Below, in pieces: positions 13,354 through 24,708 of a stretch of 64,000 nucleotides of DNA. Source of the DNA: Takakia lepidozioides (taxonomy: Eukaryota > Plantae > Bryophyta); NCBI GenBank assembly GCA_030704615.1, contig CM060733.1, forward strand, positions 16,554,001 to 16,618,000. The letters are read 5' to 3'. The translations under genes were made by a program, and so were the position numbers. The notes under the pieces were generated by a model that ran no database searches, was not told the DNA's origin, and saw nothing but the letters and a program-made list of their open reading frames with translations. Every line of letters begins with the position of its first letter. Within the stretch, counting starts at the first letter, position 1.

Positions 13354-14974
13354 ATGATGTCCAATGCATATGGGGAGTATGACAACAACATAGACTATGT
13401 ATTCAAGCTGGTGCTTCTCGGGGATTCAGCAGTGGGAAAGTCACAGCTTCTAGCCAGGTTCTCACGAAATGAGTTCAGCTTGGAGTCCAAAGCCACCATC
13501 GGCGTTGAATTTCAGACGCGCACCATTATTGTCGATCATAAGACTATTAAAGCGCAGATCTGGGACACGGCTGGTCAGGAAAGGTTTGGACATATTACCT
13601 GCTTCAGGATTCAAGTTGACTAAATCTGAAGTTTTCCATGTAAACTGACATCTTCTATGAAGTTATTTTGACTCTATTTGAGGTACTATTGGTAGTTCTG
13701 AAATGTATGCCATCCTATCTGCTGTTTCGTTTTGTTTTTGCGACAGTGAGCACGAGTTTTTCTCTGTTCCCGTGTTGTTACATCTGAGCATGGTTTCACC
13801 GTACTCAAAGGAAGGAGGATCAATCATCTTGGTGCCGATCTTGAAGAATATTGGTCGAGAGTTAGTCCACCTGTTGCCGAAATCATCTTGGGGATCTCCG
13901 GTAGCTTAATGCATACGAGTGCAGGGATGATTTAAGTAGTCAACAGAATATTTGTTGGACATAAGAAGCACCTTTCAACCATGGCTCGTCTCAGGAGGGT
14001 TTCTGCTTAGGATGTTAATCTGAATTGCTGGTGGAGTGGTCTCTATTTGAAATGAGCCAAGAATTATCTTCTTGATTTGATTGTGGGATGCCAGAACCCA
14101 TTACTGAGAGATCCACGCATTGAATTTTTCACAGGTGAAATAGTTCCGTCAGATGTAAGGTAAGACATGCCTTTGTGGAGATCACTGAAATGATCTGAAA
14201 GATCCAAATGACCTGCTTGAGGTTCACTTTCAATGGCCATGTAAGGCTAGATGGGCAACTACAAAGATATCTATGTACCCTATGTCAATAGATGATTTCA
14301 CTGGTCGTCACATCATTACTGCACAATCCATGAGTGTTTGTCACACCAATCTTCAACTGCTCTACACGCACTGCCAGGGGGCCTTAAAATGTGTATCCCC
14401 ACCAGTGCTCAGTTTAGCTTCTGGGCATGGGCTCAATTGCTTGGGGACAAGAGCATCTAGCTCCATGTGTAGTGTACAGTGCAGTCTATGAAATTGACGT
14501 TGTCTCTCTCTTTTGTGGATGGACAGATACAGGGCTGTCACCAGTGCCTACTACAGAGGTGCTGTAGGTGCCTTATTGGTATATGACATTACTAAGAGGC
14601 AATCTTTCGATCATGCGCAAAGGTGGCTTGAGGAGTTGAAGTCTCACGCCGACAGCAATATTGTTATTATGCTGATTGGTAACAAGTCTGACCTTGGCAA
14701 CTTACGGGCAGTTCCATCACAGGATGCCAAAGAATATGCAGAGAAAGAAGGGTTGTTCTTCCTTGAAACTTCAGCTATGGAGGCCACAAATGTTGAGTCC
14801 GCTTTTTTCAGTGTACTATCAGAGGTATACAGGATTGTGAGCAGAAAGACCCTCATTGCTGACGAGACTGTAATGAATGGGAACTCTGCCCTACTATCTG
14901 GTACAAAAATCATTTTATCTGACCTCGGTAATGATGGAGTCATGCCTAAGAAACAAGGATGTTGTACAAGGTGA
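13354..14974 (+). CDS. RABA4: Rab11/RabA4-like small GTPase
   Basis: Exons 13354-13583 and 14527-14974. [45 protein letters not shown]; C-terminal CCxx. Confidence 0.93.
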
Positions 14975-16131
14975 TAGCTTTTTCCTTCAAGCTTTTTCTT
15001 TCAGATAGTATATGCTTTCGGCAGTTTTGCTAAATAAGAAGATGATTCCACCCTATGTAATTGATTAGTGATAGCCACAAGCCAGCCTTTTTGCAGCTGC
15101 ATAAACAGTGATTGCACAAGTCAAACGAGCTTCTGACTCGCTCACATGGTTTTTGTGAGTGTAGAATGCATTTACTTGCACAATGTATTTGATGGTCAGT
15201 TGAGGTAAGCGTATCTCAGTATTATACTACTTGCCCCCACATTTGTTACTGCAATTCCCAGCTAGTTATATTGTAATGCTGATATCAAACCACATCCACC
15301 AGGTTAGGTCTGTCATTTTCTAGGTAACCTCAATAGTAAGAATAGTATAGTGACACAAGTTATTTTCTTTCCTCCTCCCCCACCCCGGTTTGGCTGCAAA
15401 GCAATTTGTATGTCATGTTCAGGACTGTGGCCTCTCGGATATATCAGTTGAAGACCTTCAATTGACCAATGTGAGATATTAATGTCCTCTGACCTCAACT
15501 TTGAGAGAGAAACAAAAGGTTAAATGAGGTAGCCACATCCAAGGTACAGGAACATTCAAAGATCAAATCCAAGAGACCATCATTGGAAAAGGAAGAAACA
15601 ACAAAGAGGAACAAAACTACAGAGGATGCTGCCTTATATCTAAGAGTACAAGACAAATCAACAACATCCCCTATGACAGTGACCAGCAGTTTATAATTCT
15701 CCACTGGCTTCATCAGATCCTCACAAGGGCTGCAAACTTGCTCAGTTTGTGTGTCAATGACACTGTGACGACTCAGCCAAGACATTGTCTGATCATTGAA
15801 TCCATAGGAAACTCACAACTTACCACACAGAGAAAGAGAGAATGTACACATAAGACATTGTGCAGAGAAATAGAGAGAGTAGGGGAGAGAGAGAGAAGCT
15901 AACCAACAAAAGTGGGCTGAAGAAAGCTCCCACTTGAGCCTTAAGAGGTCTTCCTGAAAACCAATAAGGTGTCCCTCATTGATCTATTCACTTCTGGTTG
16001 TGCAGTGAAGCACTGGAGAAAGACTCTCAACTACAGTACCTAGCTGCCTTGTGTTTGTAAGACCGATCAAATGCAGGACTACTAAAAGAACCCCAGCTCT
16101 CAATACATGGAACTTACTCACTTGAAAGGGC

Positions 16132-16635
16132 TTAGAGAGTCCCCGACATTTCAACTTCCTCTTCCTTCTCCTTCTCCCCGTGTCCAATGAAGATGATGCC
16201 ATACTCTTTTCCCATGTTAAGAGCATGCTTAATGTCCTCTTGGGTTGTTTCAGGAGGAGAGCCCTGTGGATCTGTCACAGGCTTCCCTATGTCTAGAAAC
16301 CACTGCTCGAACCCTCCAGGAGCATAAGACAGCACCATACGTGCCGGCTTGTCGAACTTGTTAGCAAATGTGTGGGGAACAAAGCGAGGAAGATGGATGA
16401 AAGAACCCTGCTTTGCATGGAACTCGTGTCCTCCCACGGTCCACATCAGCTCACCCTCCAGTATGTACCAGGTCTCCTCTTCCTTTGTGTGGATGTGAGC
16501 AGGCGGCCCTTGGCCCGGGAAGATCACATCCTCAAACAAGGCATATGACCCTCCTGTCTCGTTACTCAGTGCCTTGAGAGTCACCAGTATTCCCAATGCC
16601 CATACACTTAATCCATCCCCTGAGGCAGGCCACAG
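16132..16635 (-). CDS. Cupin_2 protein, quercetin 2,3-dioxygenase (QueD/QdoI)-like; main exon
   Basis: Open 168-codon exon after an AG acceptor, with in-frame ATG at 16605. Metal motifs PPAHIHTKEEETWYILEG and PRFVPHTF, plus PGGFEQWF. Upstream exons are probably in 17030-17590 but were not resolved. Confidence 0.8.
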   Translation of the reverse strand: MWPASGDGLSVWALGILVTLKALSNETGGSYALFEDVIFPGQGPPAHIHTKEEETWYILEGELMWTVGGHEFHAKQGSFIHLPRFVPHTFANKFDKPARMVLSYAPGGFEQWFLDIGKPVTDPQGSPPETTQEDIKHALNMGKEYGIIFIGHGEKEKEEEVEMSGTL

Positions 16636-17900
16636 CTATCAGCTAGAGAGCAACCATCATATTCCTAAAATGAGACAAGAACCACCACTTTCTCATTGAT
16701 CGTGGTTAGTGTCAATGGAGAATTGTGGATTCTACATCTGTCACTCCCCTGTTCTCTATTCTGCCATGTCTCTTTAAGGGTCTGTTTGGACCAATGAGAG
16801 GCAAAGGAAGAGAGCAGTATTTTCAACCTCCCTCTTGGCCCACTTGAGAGTAGGTGCTAAGTGAATCATCTTGGGTACCACTACCATCACTGAAATCTCC
16901 CTCCCATAATTAGAATGTGACTATCCAAATCGTAGCAAGAATCATAACAAGAATCTCCATTTAGCTCAAATTTTCACTCCAGAGAAAGTGACCCACACAT
17001 TACTTTTTATAAACTCCTAGCTGTGTGTCTAACCCTCACCTTGGTGGAGCTGATCGAACAGAGAGACGACAAGAATATCTCCCATTCCCATCTTCAGAGA
17101 CGTTCATCCCAAAGACAGAGGAAGACATTACCTGCATTCAACATGCTGACTTTGGGTGCTGTGATAGCACCGAACTGGTTGGCGCTGAAGGATACTTGGT
17201 CCATGTCTGTGTTCTTCCCACCCCCACCTTGTTTCACATGCGAGAGCTCGATTCACCAGCTCCTTCAAACAATTTCACCACAGGCTCAGCCAAAACATGT
17301 TTCAGTATCGTCACAACCAGTGCCAGGTCGGAAGCTAACTATGGGAGACGGGTAAGGCCTAATGATCCTGTCAACTTGAAGCCATCTGCTGAGATTCACT
17401 CCTGCGAAACCAGTCCAAGACTGTGGTGTACTCAAATCTCTCCAGCAGATTATCACCCTAATTCGTGTCTACAATTGCCATAAGATGGAAATTACGCGAG
17501 TTGGGTCTCTTACCTGTGAATGCTAGAACAAGTGTGATGGAGCCCTCTCCAGCTGAGAAGCAACAACTTCGGGCAAATGCGCAATGAGAGAGTAGAGTAT
17601 TTTAAACAGGGCCAGTTCACATCAGTCTTCCATGCTTCCACAAGCAGAACTATGGTTGATGGGGGGCACAGGTGGTGGAGGGCTCCATCTTAGCACTCTT
17701 ATCTTGTCGTTGACTATGGATCCCAAGGTCACCAGGTACAACGGCGCCAGCCAGCCAACGAATCTAGCAGGATTACTTTTTTATCCAAATATATGCCAAC
17801 AGTGGGTACCACAGAGAGATTGAACGAGTCTTGATCTTGGCCTCTACAGGTCCAAAGCAGACTTTTAGATTTCATGTTGGGACACTAGTTGACATTTTAA

Positions 17901-18691
17901 CCTGTAAAGGACGAGCTAACTTTTGGGAGTTTTCCCAAAACGTGGGCCATACCCTCAATTGCTGAGCTGTAACTTCCTACCCCCTTACATCCAGCTGGAT
18001 GGACCGTTCCATTTCATCCCTACCTACTACATGAAGGTCCTCAGAAAATTGTAGCATTTTTTTACCGTTCCATTTAGTAGATTATAACAAAAGAAAATTG
18101 GCCAAGTTGAAACCATGAACAAAAAAAGAGAGGAAAAATTGCTTTGACCATGCAAGTTTGGTGATTTTATATTTTTTCTTGAAGAAATGGCCTCCAGAAT
18201 CCGGATAAGGGGCAACCAACAGGTCACCTCCCAGAATCTCAGACCAAAATGCCAAAAGTATTGGGGGGCTGCTTTGTATGTGAAATCTGGGGATCTTGTT
18301 TTGGCTTCTTTCCCAAGTACACCCATGAGGTGACATTTTTTCCCAATTCCTTTGGTAAGTAAGTGCACAGTAACATTTCATGGTGCCTTGTCCAAAAATT
18401 TTGGCATTAAATTTTCAGCCCTAGATGTTATCTTGAACATTGCCCATTTGACTGCCATGTAGGCAGGTCAATGGTGCTCTAACATTGGATTTCCTGAAAC
18501 CTTGGCACTTTGCAAAATTCGAGGGAGCACAACTTTTATGATTTTTTGGCGCTGTAAATTCCCACGTGTGCTCCTATATGACATCTACAATTCATCTTCA
18601 AGGTTCACTTCCATCCACTATCATCCATGGGAATGGGAGCGTGGCAAGTAATCTGACGCGACCTGAATCGGGTCGCGTCGTCCTTTAGGGG
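17901..18691. mobile_element. Non-autonomous piggyBac-like DNA transposon
   Basis: TTAA on both sides (17897-17900, 18692-18695). TIRs CCTGTAAAGGACGA / TCGTCCTTTAGGGG; subterminal palindrome GACGCGACC-N7-GGTCGCGTC; no coding capacity. Confidence 0.7.
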
Positions 18692-19051
18692 TTAAACAGT
18701 TGATCTATCCCGGACACTTTCTGACCCATCTTCCTGTTGTCTGACCTTCTTTAGGCAGTAGGTGATACTAGTGTAGTTTGATTTCTTTTTGCCAATATAT
18801 CTTGCTCTACGAGAGTTTGTTTGTTTCAGTGTTGCACTGGTATTGAATTTTTAACATACCAGTCGGGTCCGGGGCTTGATTTTTTTTGAAATGTGAACAC
18901 TGGTATGGCCCTAGGTATTGCATAACAAGGATTTCTGAAATAGAATAAGGGGCCCAAGTTTGAAAGGGGGTGTGGGGATTAGAGAGTGGTCCAGGAATTA
19001 TGAAGCGGGAGTTATAATAAGCTACAGCAGGAGTTCAATTATTAACTGTCA

Positions 19052-19240
19052 TGTAAGGGGGGGGGGAAGGCAGGAAGGTAAGACCTATTAAATAGGGGAT
19101 GGTTCATGGTTAGATGTGGGGTTAGGGGTGGTGGTTTCTAGGAGTGACGTGGGCAGCCTTCTAGAAGGTCCCACCACCCCCCTAGGGTATATAAAGAGAG
19201 CCCGGCTCTCTTCCCCTGCATCTTATTATCTATTCTTACT
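19052..19240 (+). mobile_element. Possible LTR fragment (U3-like)
   Basis: Starts TGTAAG, is G-rich and has TATATAAA at about 19188; it is cut by the LINE tail. No partner LTR seen. Confidence 0.25.
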
Positions 19241-21867
19241 AGGAGAGAGAAGACTCCGGCCGAAGCCGGCGTAACTAAGAGCCACTTCACCTTGTAGCTA
19301 CTGCCCCCTTTCGGGAGTGGGCCCTATGAGAAAACAGGTGTCGTGTGGGACACCAAGTACCCAGAGGTACATAGGGTCCACCCCCGAAAGGATTCCAGTT
19401 GCCGCTTGTTGGTAATAATAGTTGTGAGGGATCAGAGTGCCCGTGAGGGGATTGCTTTGAAACACTTATGAATGGGGGGATGGGGATTTTGAAGTTGTCA
19501 TGTATAGCGTTGATATTGGCATTATGTATGTCGCCTCTAGTACCAGCAGTGATGACGATTAGTGGGCCGGTGATCCAGCCTCTACGACGGATTGCAAGGA
19601 TGAGCGGGGCATATTTTTGTCATTTTGCCAAGATCGAGTCATTGGGGTAGCGATCATTACAATATGTAAATTCCATGAAGTGGATGGTGAGTTGTGGGGA
19701 TGGTGTAGTGGGTGGTGGGGTGTTAGGGGGGAGGCCGTGGACAAGGAGAATATCAGGGCAGAGTCTGACGGGGCAGGTGCATGGTGAATGGGTACATGTA
19801 CATGGGAGCAGCCATGGGGGTACAGTGTGGTCAGGTGGTCGGCCTTGGTAGGTGTCGGCGTTAATGAATGAGAACCACTTGGTTTCAACACGGCTCAAAA
19901 GAAGTTTATGGATGTGCCAAACTGTGTGGTTGTGACGAGTAATATGAAGGCCATAAATGACTGGATGGGTACATTGGCTAAGGAGGTGTGGTCAGGTGTC
20001 ACGTTCACGGTGGGTATTTGAGCATAGTGGGTTCTAGGGGGATGGGAAACGATGTGGCCAGAAGATATGTTTACGTTGGTGGCCCATGTATTGGGCGTAC
20101 CTAAATTTGAGTGTTTGTCGGATTTGTGCATCGGTAGTGGCTTTGGTATGCCAGAAGTGCTTTGATAGCTTATGATGGAAGACTGTGGACTAGGTCCATT
20201 TCTGAATGTGGACTTTGGTATGGCTAATAGATGCTGCTGCCTGTTTGTTCGCTTTCACGGGTGATAGTGGTCATAAGATTACGGATTGGTTTGGGTGCGG
20301 GGGGGTCTGGGACTGGGTGTATGAACCAAAAGGGATGGGTATGAGCGATGTGAATAGGGTCATCTGTAGGGTCCACTGGGGGGTTAGAGGCGTCTGTCTG
20401 AGCAAGTAGATCCGCAGCCTCATTACCTTTAATGCCAGTGTGCGAACGGACTTTGAAGAGGTGGATAGGGTGGCTTTTGGAAATAGCGAGGTTGACAATG
20501 GTTGTAATGAGGTTGCGGTCTGGGTGGTGATGGTGGGAGGAGGGGCGGGATATGTGGTTTCGTATAAGAAAGAGTGAGGTGAGGCTATCTGTGAAGATGT
20601 AGTATGGAGGAGGGAAGACATCTAGCAGGGAGAGTGCTTCGAAGATGGCCATAAGTTCAACTCGTAATATGGTGGCGGGGCCAGGAAGTCTAAGAGCAGT
20701 GCCCTGGTTAGTGGCGGCGTGGTATACTCCGTAGCCAGCATTTGGTTTGGTGAGGGATCCGTCAGTATAAAGGGAGTTAGATGGGGGGTATCTAAGGGGG
20801 ATAGTTTGTCGGTATAGTGAGGGAATAGGGGGTGTGGGTATGGGTGTGCTAGCCTGGGGGGGGGGGCGGCATCGCCCTTTCCCAAGCTTTGCTTGGTTTG
20901 ATTTTGGGAAATGAAATGATTGGTGCAGAGTCATATGAGGTGGTGGATGAACGATGGGTGTTTGGGTGGGGGGTGGTAGCCTTCATTTTGTGCGTCAGGG
21001 TTAGCAGTTGTTTTAAGTGGCTCAAAAAAGGCATCGGTATATTGATGGGGGAGGAGTGTTGGACATGCAGAATTAGGGTTAAACGTGGGTTCTCTTTGTC
21101 TAAGGTATTTGGGAAGGGGTGGAGTATGTGCATATTTAAGCTGGTTAGGTTTGATTGTGGCTAGTAAATTAACCCCTGTTGGGAGGCGTAGGAGAGGGTG
21201 GGATTCATTGGGTGATTGTTATTGGGTGACTATGAGTATTGTGAGGGCATGGGGGGATGAATGAGCAGCGAAGCGTGCCCATTGGAGAGCTTCATGAGTG
21301 GGGGTTCCGGGGGGAGGGTGAGCAAGACCTCTGCCAGCCCAGGTGTGTTGAGTGGCAGTCCCCATGGCTCCGAAGATACAATCCCTGTGGTGTGGACTTG
21401 CAAATGTAGTGAATTTCATAGGGCATGTAAGCGGGCTGGAGTAATATGAGTGAGTAAATTGGAATGAATTGATGAGTAGTGCTAGAATGTCTTTGGATAT
21501 AGTGTTATGAGCGCATGCCATTGCTAGCCTGCTGAGGGTACGTGGTTTTTTTGGGGGGGGCATCTTTGAGGTAGTGTTCTACGAGCCAGCATAGTTCGGT
21601 GGCAAAGTCTTGTTTGGGGGGTTGTAAGATTTGCGAATTAGTGTTTGTGATGGAATATTTTTCCCAAAGCCATGTTAGCCTGTCAGTGGGGATAAGACCA
21701 AAAAATGGCCTTTTTTAGCGTAGATATTGGAGAGGCGGGGGCCTATACGGATCATTGGAGGGTCATAATCTATGTCTTTATCAGGGTTGCATTCGGTCGT
21801 GCATATGCGTATGTTAGGGGCCATTAACGGGTTATGTATGTATCGGTTGTCTGCAGGTTGTGCAGGG
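19241..21867 (-). mobile_element. 3' part of Dualen/RandI-like non-LTR retrotransposon (MTase-like segment, RNase H, RLE), degenerate
   Basis: RNase H at 20224-20934 (YTDGS..ELMAI..FTDS..KVRSHTGIKGNEAAD). RLE-type RLCPDILL..FMEFTYCNDR..K*QKYAPL..GW..IVITAGTRGDIH at about 19500-19900. Hairpin 3' UTR ends in (TC)n. Stops and frameshifts present. Confidence 0.78.
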
Positions 21868-22709
21868 TGTCAAGTTAAATAAGCACAGTGTGAAACTAGC
21901 TAGAATAAAGCTAGTTATTTGTATTTAACACTTGGATTTAGGTCAAGTGTTAAATCAGGTGTCAAGTTTAGTTTGACACCTGACCCGTCTTATCTTCACG
22001 AGAGCGGCAGTCGCGCAGCTCATCTCTCTCGAGTTGAGCCTGCGCGACCGAGCTCCTGCATCGTTTATGACTGAGTGTGCTTATGATGGGAGTATAGGTT
22101 GTTGTGGGGTGGAGTCCCCATAGCTTGGGGTGCCCCTGGCTCGACTTCTGTTTTAAGAGTGATAGCGATGGATTCATGTTGTTTCTGGTGTGAACAGTGT
22201 GTCTCTTAGCTTGTCAATCACTCAAGAGAGATGAGCTTGCATCTGTGAGTGCCAGAGGTGAGTTTAGTTTTAGCACTTGTGGTTTTTGTTTTGAAAGTGA
22301 GAAACGGATGGAGGTGTTAGTTGATAGTGCAACTTTAATGGGCAAACGCCGCGTATTTTAAGACGGAACTTCATGTCTTCCGGCTCCCTTGGCAGCTTGA
22401 CATGTTCTGCCTTCCTTCTGCAATTGCTGGCGACTTCACACAACCTCGTTGAGGACGCGGTGACGGTTACGCTATGGTGAAGTGGCGGATATGTGTAGGA
22501 ACGTCACATGCAAGCGAGTGCTTTGAGCGACTTAATCAAAAGATGATGTTTGAGGACATGTGGCACAGGTGTTCTCATCAACTGTGCAGATTGAGCATCT
22601 GACAGTTGTGTTTGGCAGGAGTTCTGATCTCAGGGGTGAGCATTTGAAGGCAGGTTTGGAAAGGTTATTGATCTAGAACTCATTGAACCAGTGAGTTCCG
22701 CTTAAAGCC

Positions 22710-22858
22710 ATTTTGCTGGAGGAGATTGCTGATTATTGATGTTCCTGGAGCTTCAGGTGCAGGCCCTGCAATCGCTAGCTAACAAGATTGATTTACAAGC
22801 AGAATCTGACGGGCAATCTGCCGAGAGCCTCATCTGCTTCTCGGAGGGGTTTCCGTAA
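22710..22858 (+). pseudogene. Fragment of atypical bHLH (IBH1/AIF-like) C-terminal helix
   Basis: ILLEEIADY/(frameshift)MFLELQVQALQSLA, compare LLEEATDYIAALEMQV. Confidence 0.55.
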
Positions 22859-22891
22859 AGGCCCGGAGAATTTAATCCATACAATGGCAAC

Positions 22892-23165
22892 CTAGGTGAG
22901 GTACCGAATCAACTCTGAAGCAGTGGCTATGGCGCCACCAGTGATTGCCGTGCGAATCATCTTGTCGTGATTAAAAGTGATCACGCTTTGTCACCCTTTC
23001 GTTCTTCAACATTGAGAAGGCCTCTAGCAATGTTCCATGAGCAGCTTCCACCCCTCCAATCTTGATGAAGCCGTCCAAAGTGTAGTTCAGAAAAGGATGG
23101 CCCAAGTCCACCAGCACATCTATAGTGGGAGAGTCAACTCTCGCTGATAGCCTCGAGTGCGGCAT
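22892..23165 (-). pseudogene. OEP16: OEP16 plastid outer-envelope pore protein pseudogene, intronless with internal deletion
   Basis: N-terminus MPHSRLSARVDSPTIDVLVDLGHPFLNYTLDGFIKIGGV is joined out of frame to C-terminus DKMIRTAITGGAIATASELIRYLT*. Confidence 0.8.
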
Positions 23166-23258
23166 TTCGCTCTGCTTTCCTCACACCCAAGTTCTTTCCT
23201 GCATCGGCAACAAATCTCTGCTGTCGCTGACGGATGGAGAGAGACACGGAGAGATGGA

Positions 23259-23452
23259 GATCTCATTGATGGCAAGAATCTGCCCATGTGACCTCTTCAC
23301 CTTCTTCAACTTCCTGAGGAAGTACCAAAACTTGGACTTTGCCGCACTTCGTTGGTCGCCCACAACGTCATGCGGTACGCCTTCGGCTGCTCATCGGTTG
23401 GGGTAGGCAGTGCTCGCCCCACCACCTGGTACTGGTGAAACCAAAAACTCAT
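23259..23452 (-). pseudogene. RPL18a: 60S ribosomal protein L18a (eL20) 5' fragment, intronless, frameshifted
   Basis: [57 protein letters not shown]. Confidence 0.9.
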
Positions 23453-23958
23453 GGAGTGGGAATGCCAGTGGCCACCCAGGAAGATGCAGCACATGCAGCC
23501 ATTATTGAAGCAAACCGTATCAAAATCTGCACAAACTGTAGGCGAAGCTTCAGAGACGGGCGTTGTGTGCAAAGATCTGTGCAAGACCTGCGAGCTAGAG
23601 CGACAAGCCTGTGGTGGTGCACCTGTAACTACAAATGAAACCTGGGAACGGTTTTTAATGGCGAGAACGTTTTGATGTTAAAAATAAAATAAAATAAAAT
23701 AACCTTTTGATCTAATTTAAATGATTTAGAGCCTGGTTGGCCATATCTTTGTCAAATGAACTCCGTTTGACTCAGTTTTTGGGGGGATAGCTGCAGAAAG
23801 GGGAAATCTACCTATCTAGACCTGATTTCTGTTTTTGGGGCTCTGCTAAAAATCTATGGAATTTTTAGAGTGTGAGTGTGCCGTAAAAGATCCACAATTC
23901 TGTTTCTAGAACCTGTTCTGGTCTATTTGAGAGACAAATCTGTGGATGTCCTCCTTGT

Positions 23959-24708
23959 ATGGCTGGGGGAAATGAGGACGTAATTGAAGGGCAGGTCTCT
24001 TCTCTTAGCTTGTGCACACAAGGGGACAAGATTTATGTTTCCCAAGGAACTCAAACTGATTTGAGTGGAGAACAGTTGGACGAGTTGATTGCATACTGGG
24101 AGTCAGGCATTAGCAGTAGACAACAGACTGTTGTAGTTGGCGTTGAGGGCCTCAATATCGCTTTGGACAGTCAGAACTCTGTTGGAGCCAGCAGTTCTGC
24201 AGCTGTAAGTGAAATACCAAAGTGGGTGAAAGCTAGGCTTGGAACACAGCCAAAGACAGCCCCGGGGACCAAGGTGTTCAGCCACAAGGCTGTGGTGTAC
24301 TGGAGCAGAGGAGCAGGAGCTACACAAGTTTGTGCAATCAGACATGGTTGCAGCCGGATACGCTCTGCACAGGGCAACCACGAGCGGGGGTTCATCAGCA
24401 ATGACATGTTTGTTGTGCGTGAAGGAGATGCAGTCATTCGCAATGAGGACACCCGCAACCGTCTCAAAGCTTTCGAGTTGAGAGACTATCAGACCCTACC
24501 TTTGTTTTCTTTAGTGTTCAGTGAGCGGGAGATAGCAGAGTGTTGCTTTGTCTCTACCTGGCAGAAAGAGGATGAGGGTTGGTTAGAGCGAGCTACTGTA
24601 GCTTGGGACAAGGTTAGTGGCAGGTTTCTGGACATAGATATACCTCCTACACCTTACCATCATGCAGAGCGAGGCACTTTGAGAGAAGTCTGGAAGTTGA
24701 TAGCATAG
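23959..24708 (+). CDS. Unknown 249-aa ORF upstream of gag
   Basis: Uninterrupted ATG-to-stop ORF with normal amino-acid composition; no recognisable domain. Confidence 0.5.
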   Translation: MAGGNEDVIEGQVSSLSLCTQGDKIYVSQGTQTDLSGEQLDELIAYWESGISSRQQTVVVGVEGLNIALDSQNSVGASSSAAVSEIPKWVKARLGTQPKTAPGTKVFSHKAVVYWSRGAGATQVCAIRHGCSRIRSAQGNHERGFISNDMFVVREGDAVIRNEDTRNRLKAFELRDYQTLPLFSLVFSEREIAECCFVSTWQKEDEGWLERATVAWDKVSGRFLDIDIPPTPYHHAERGTLREVWKLIA

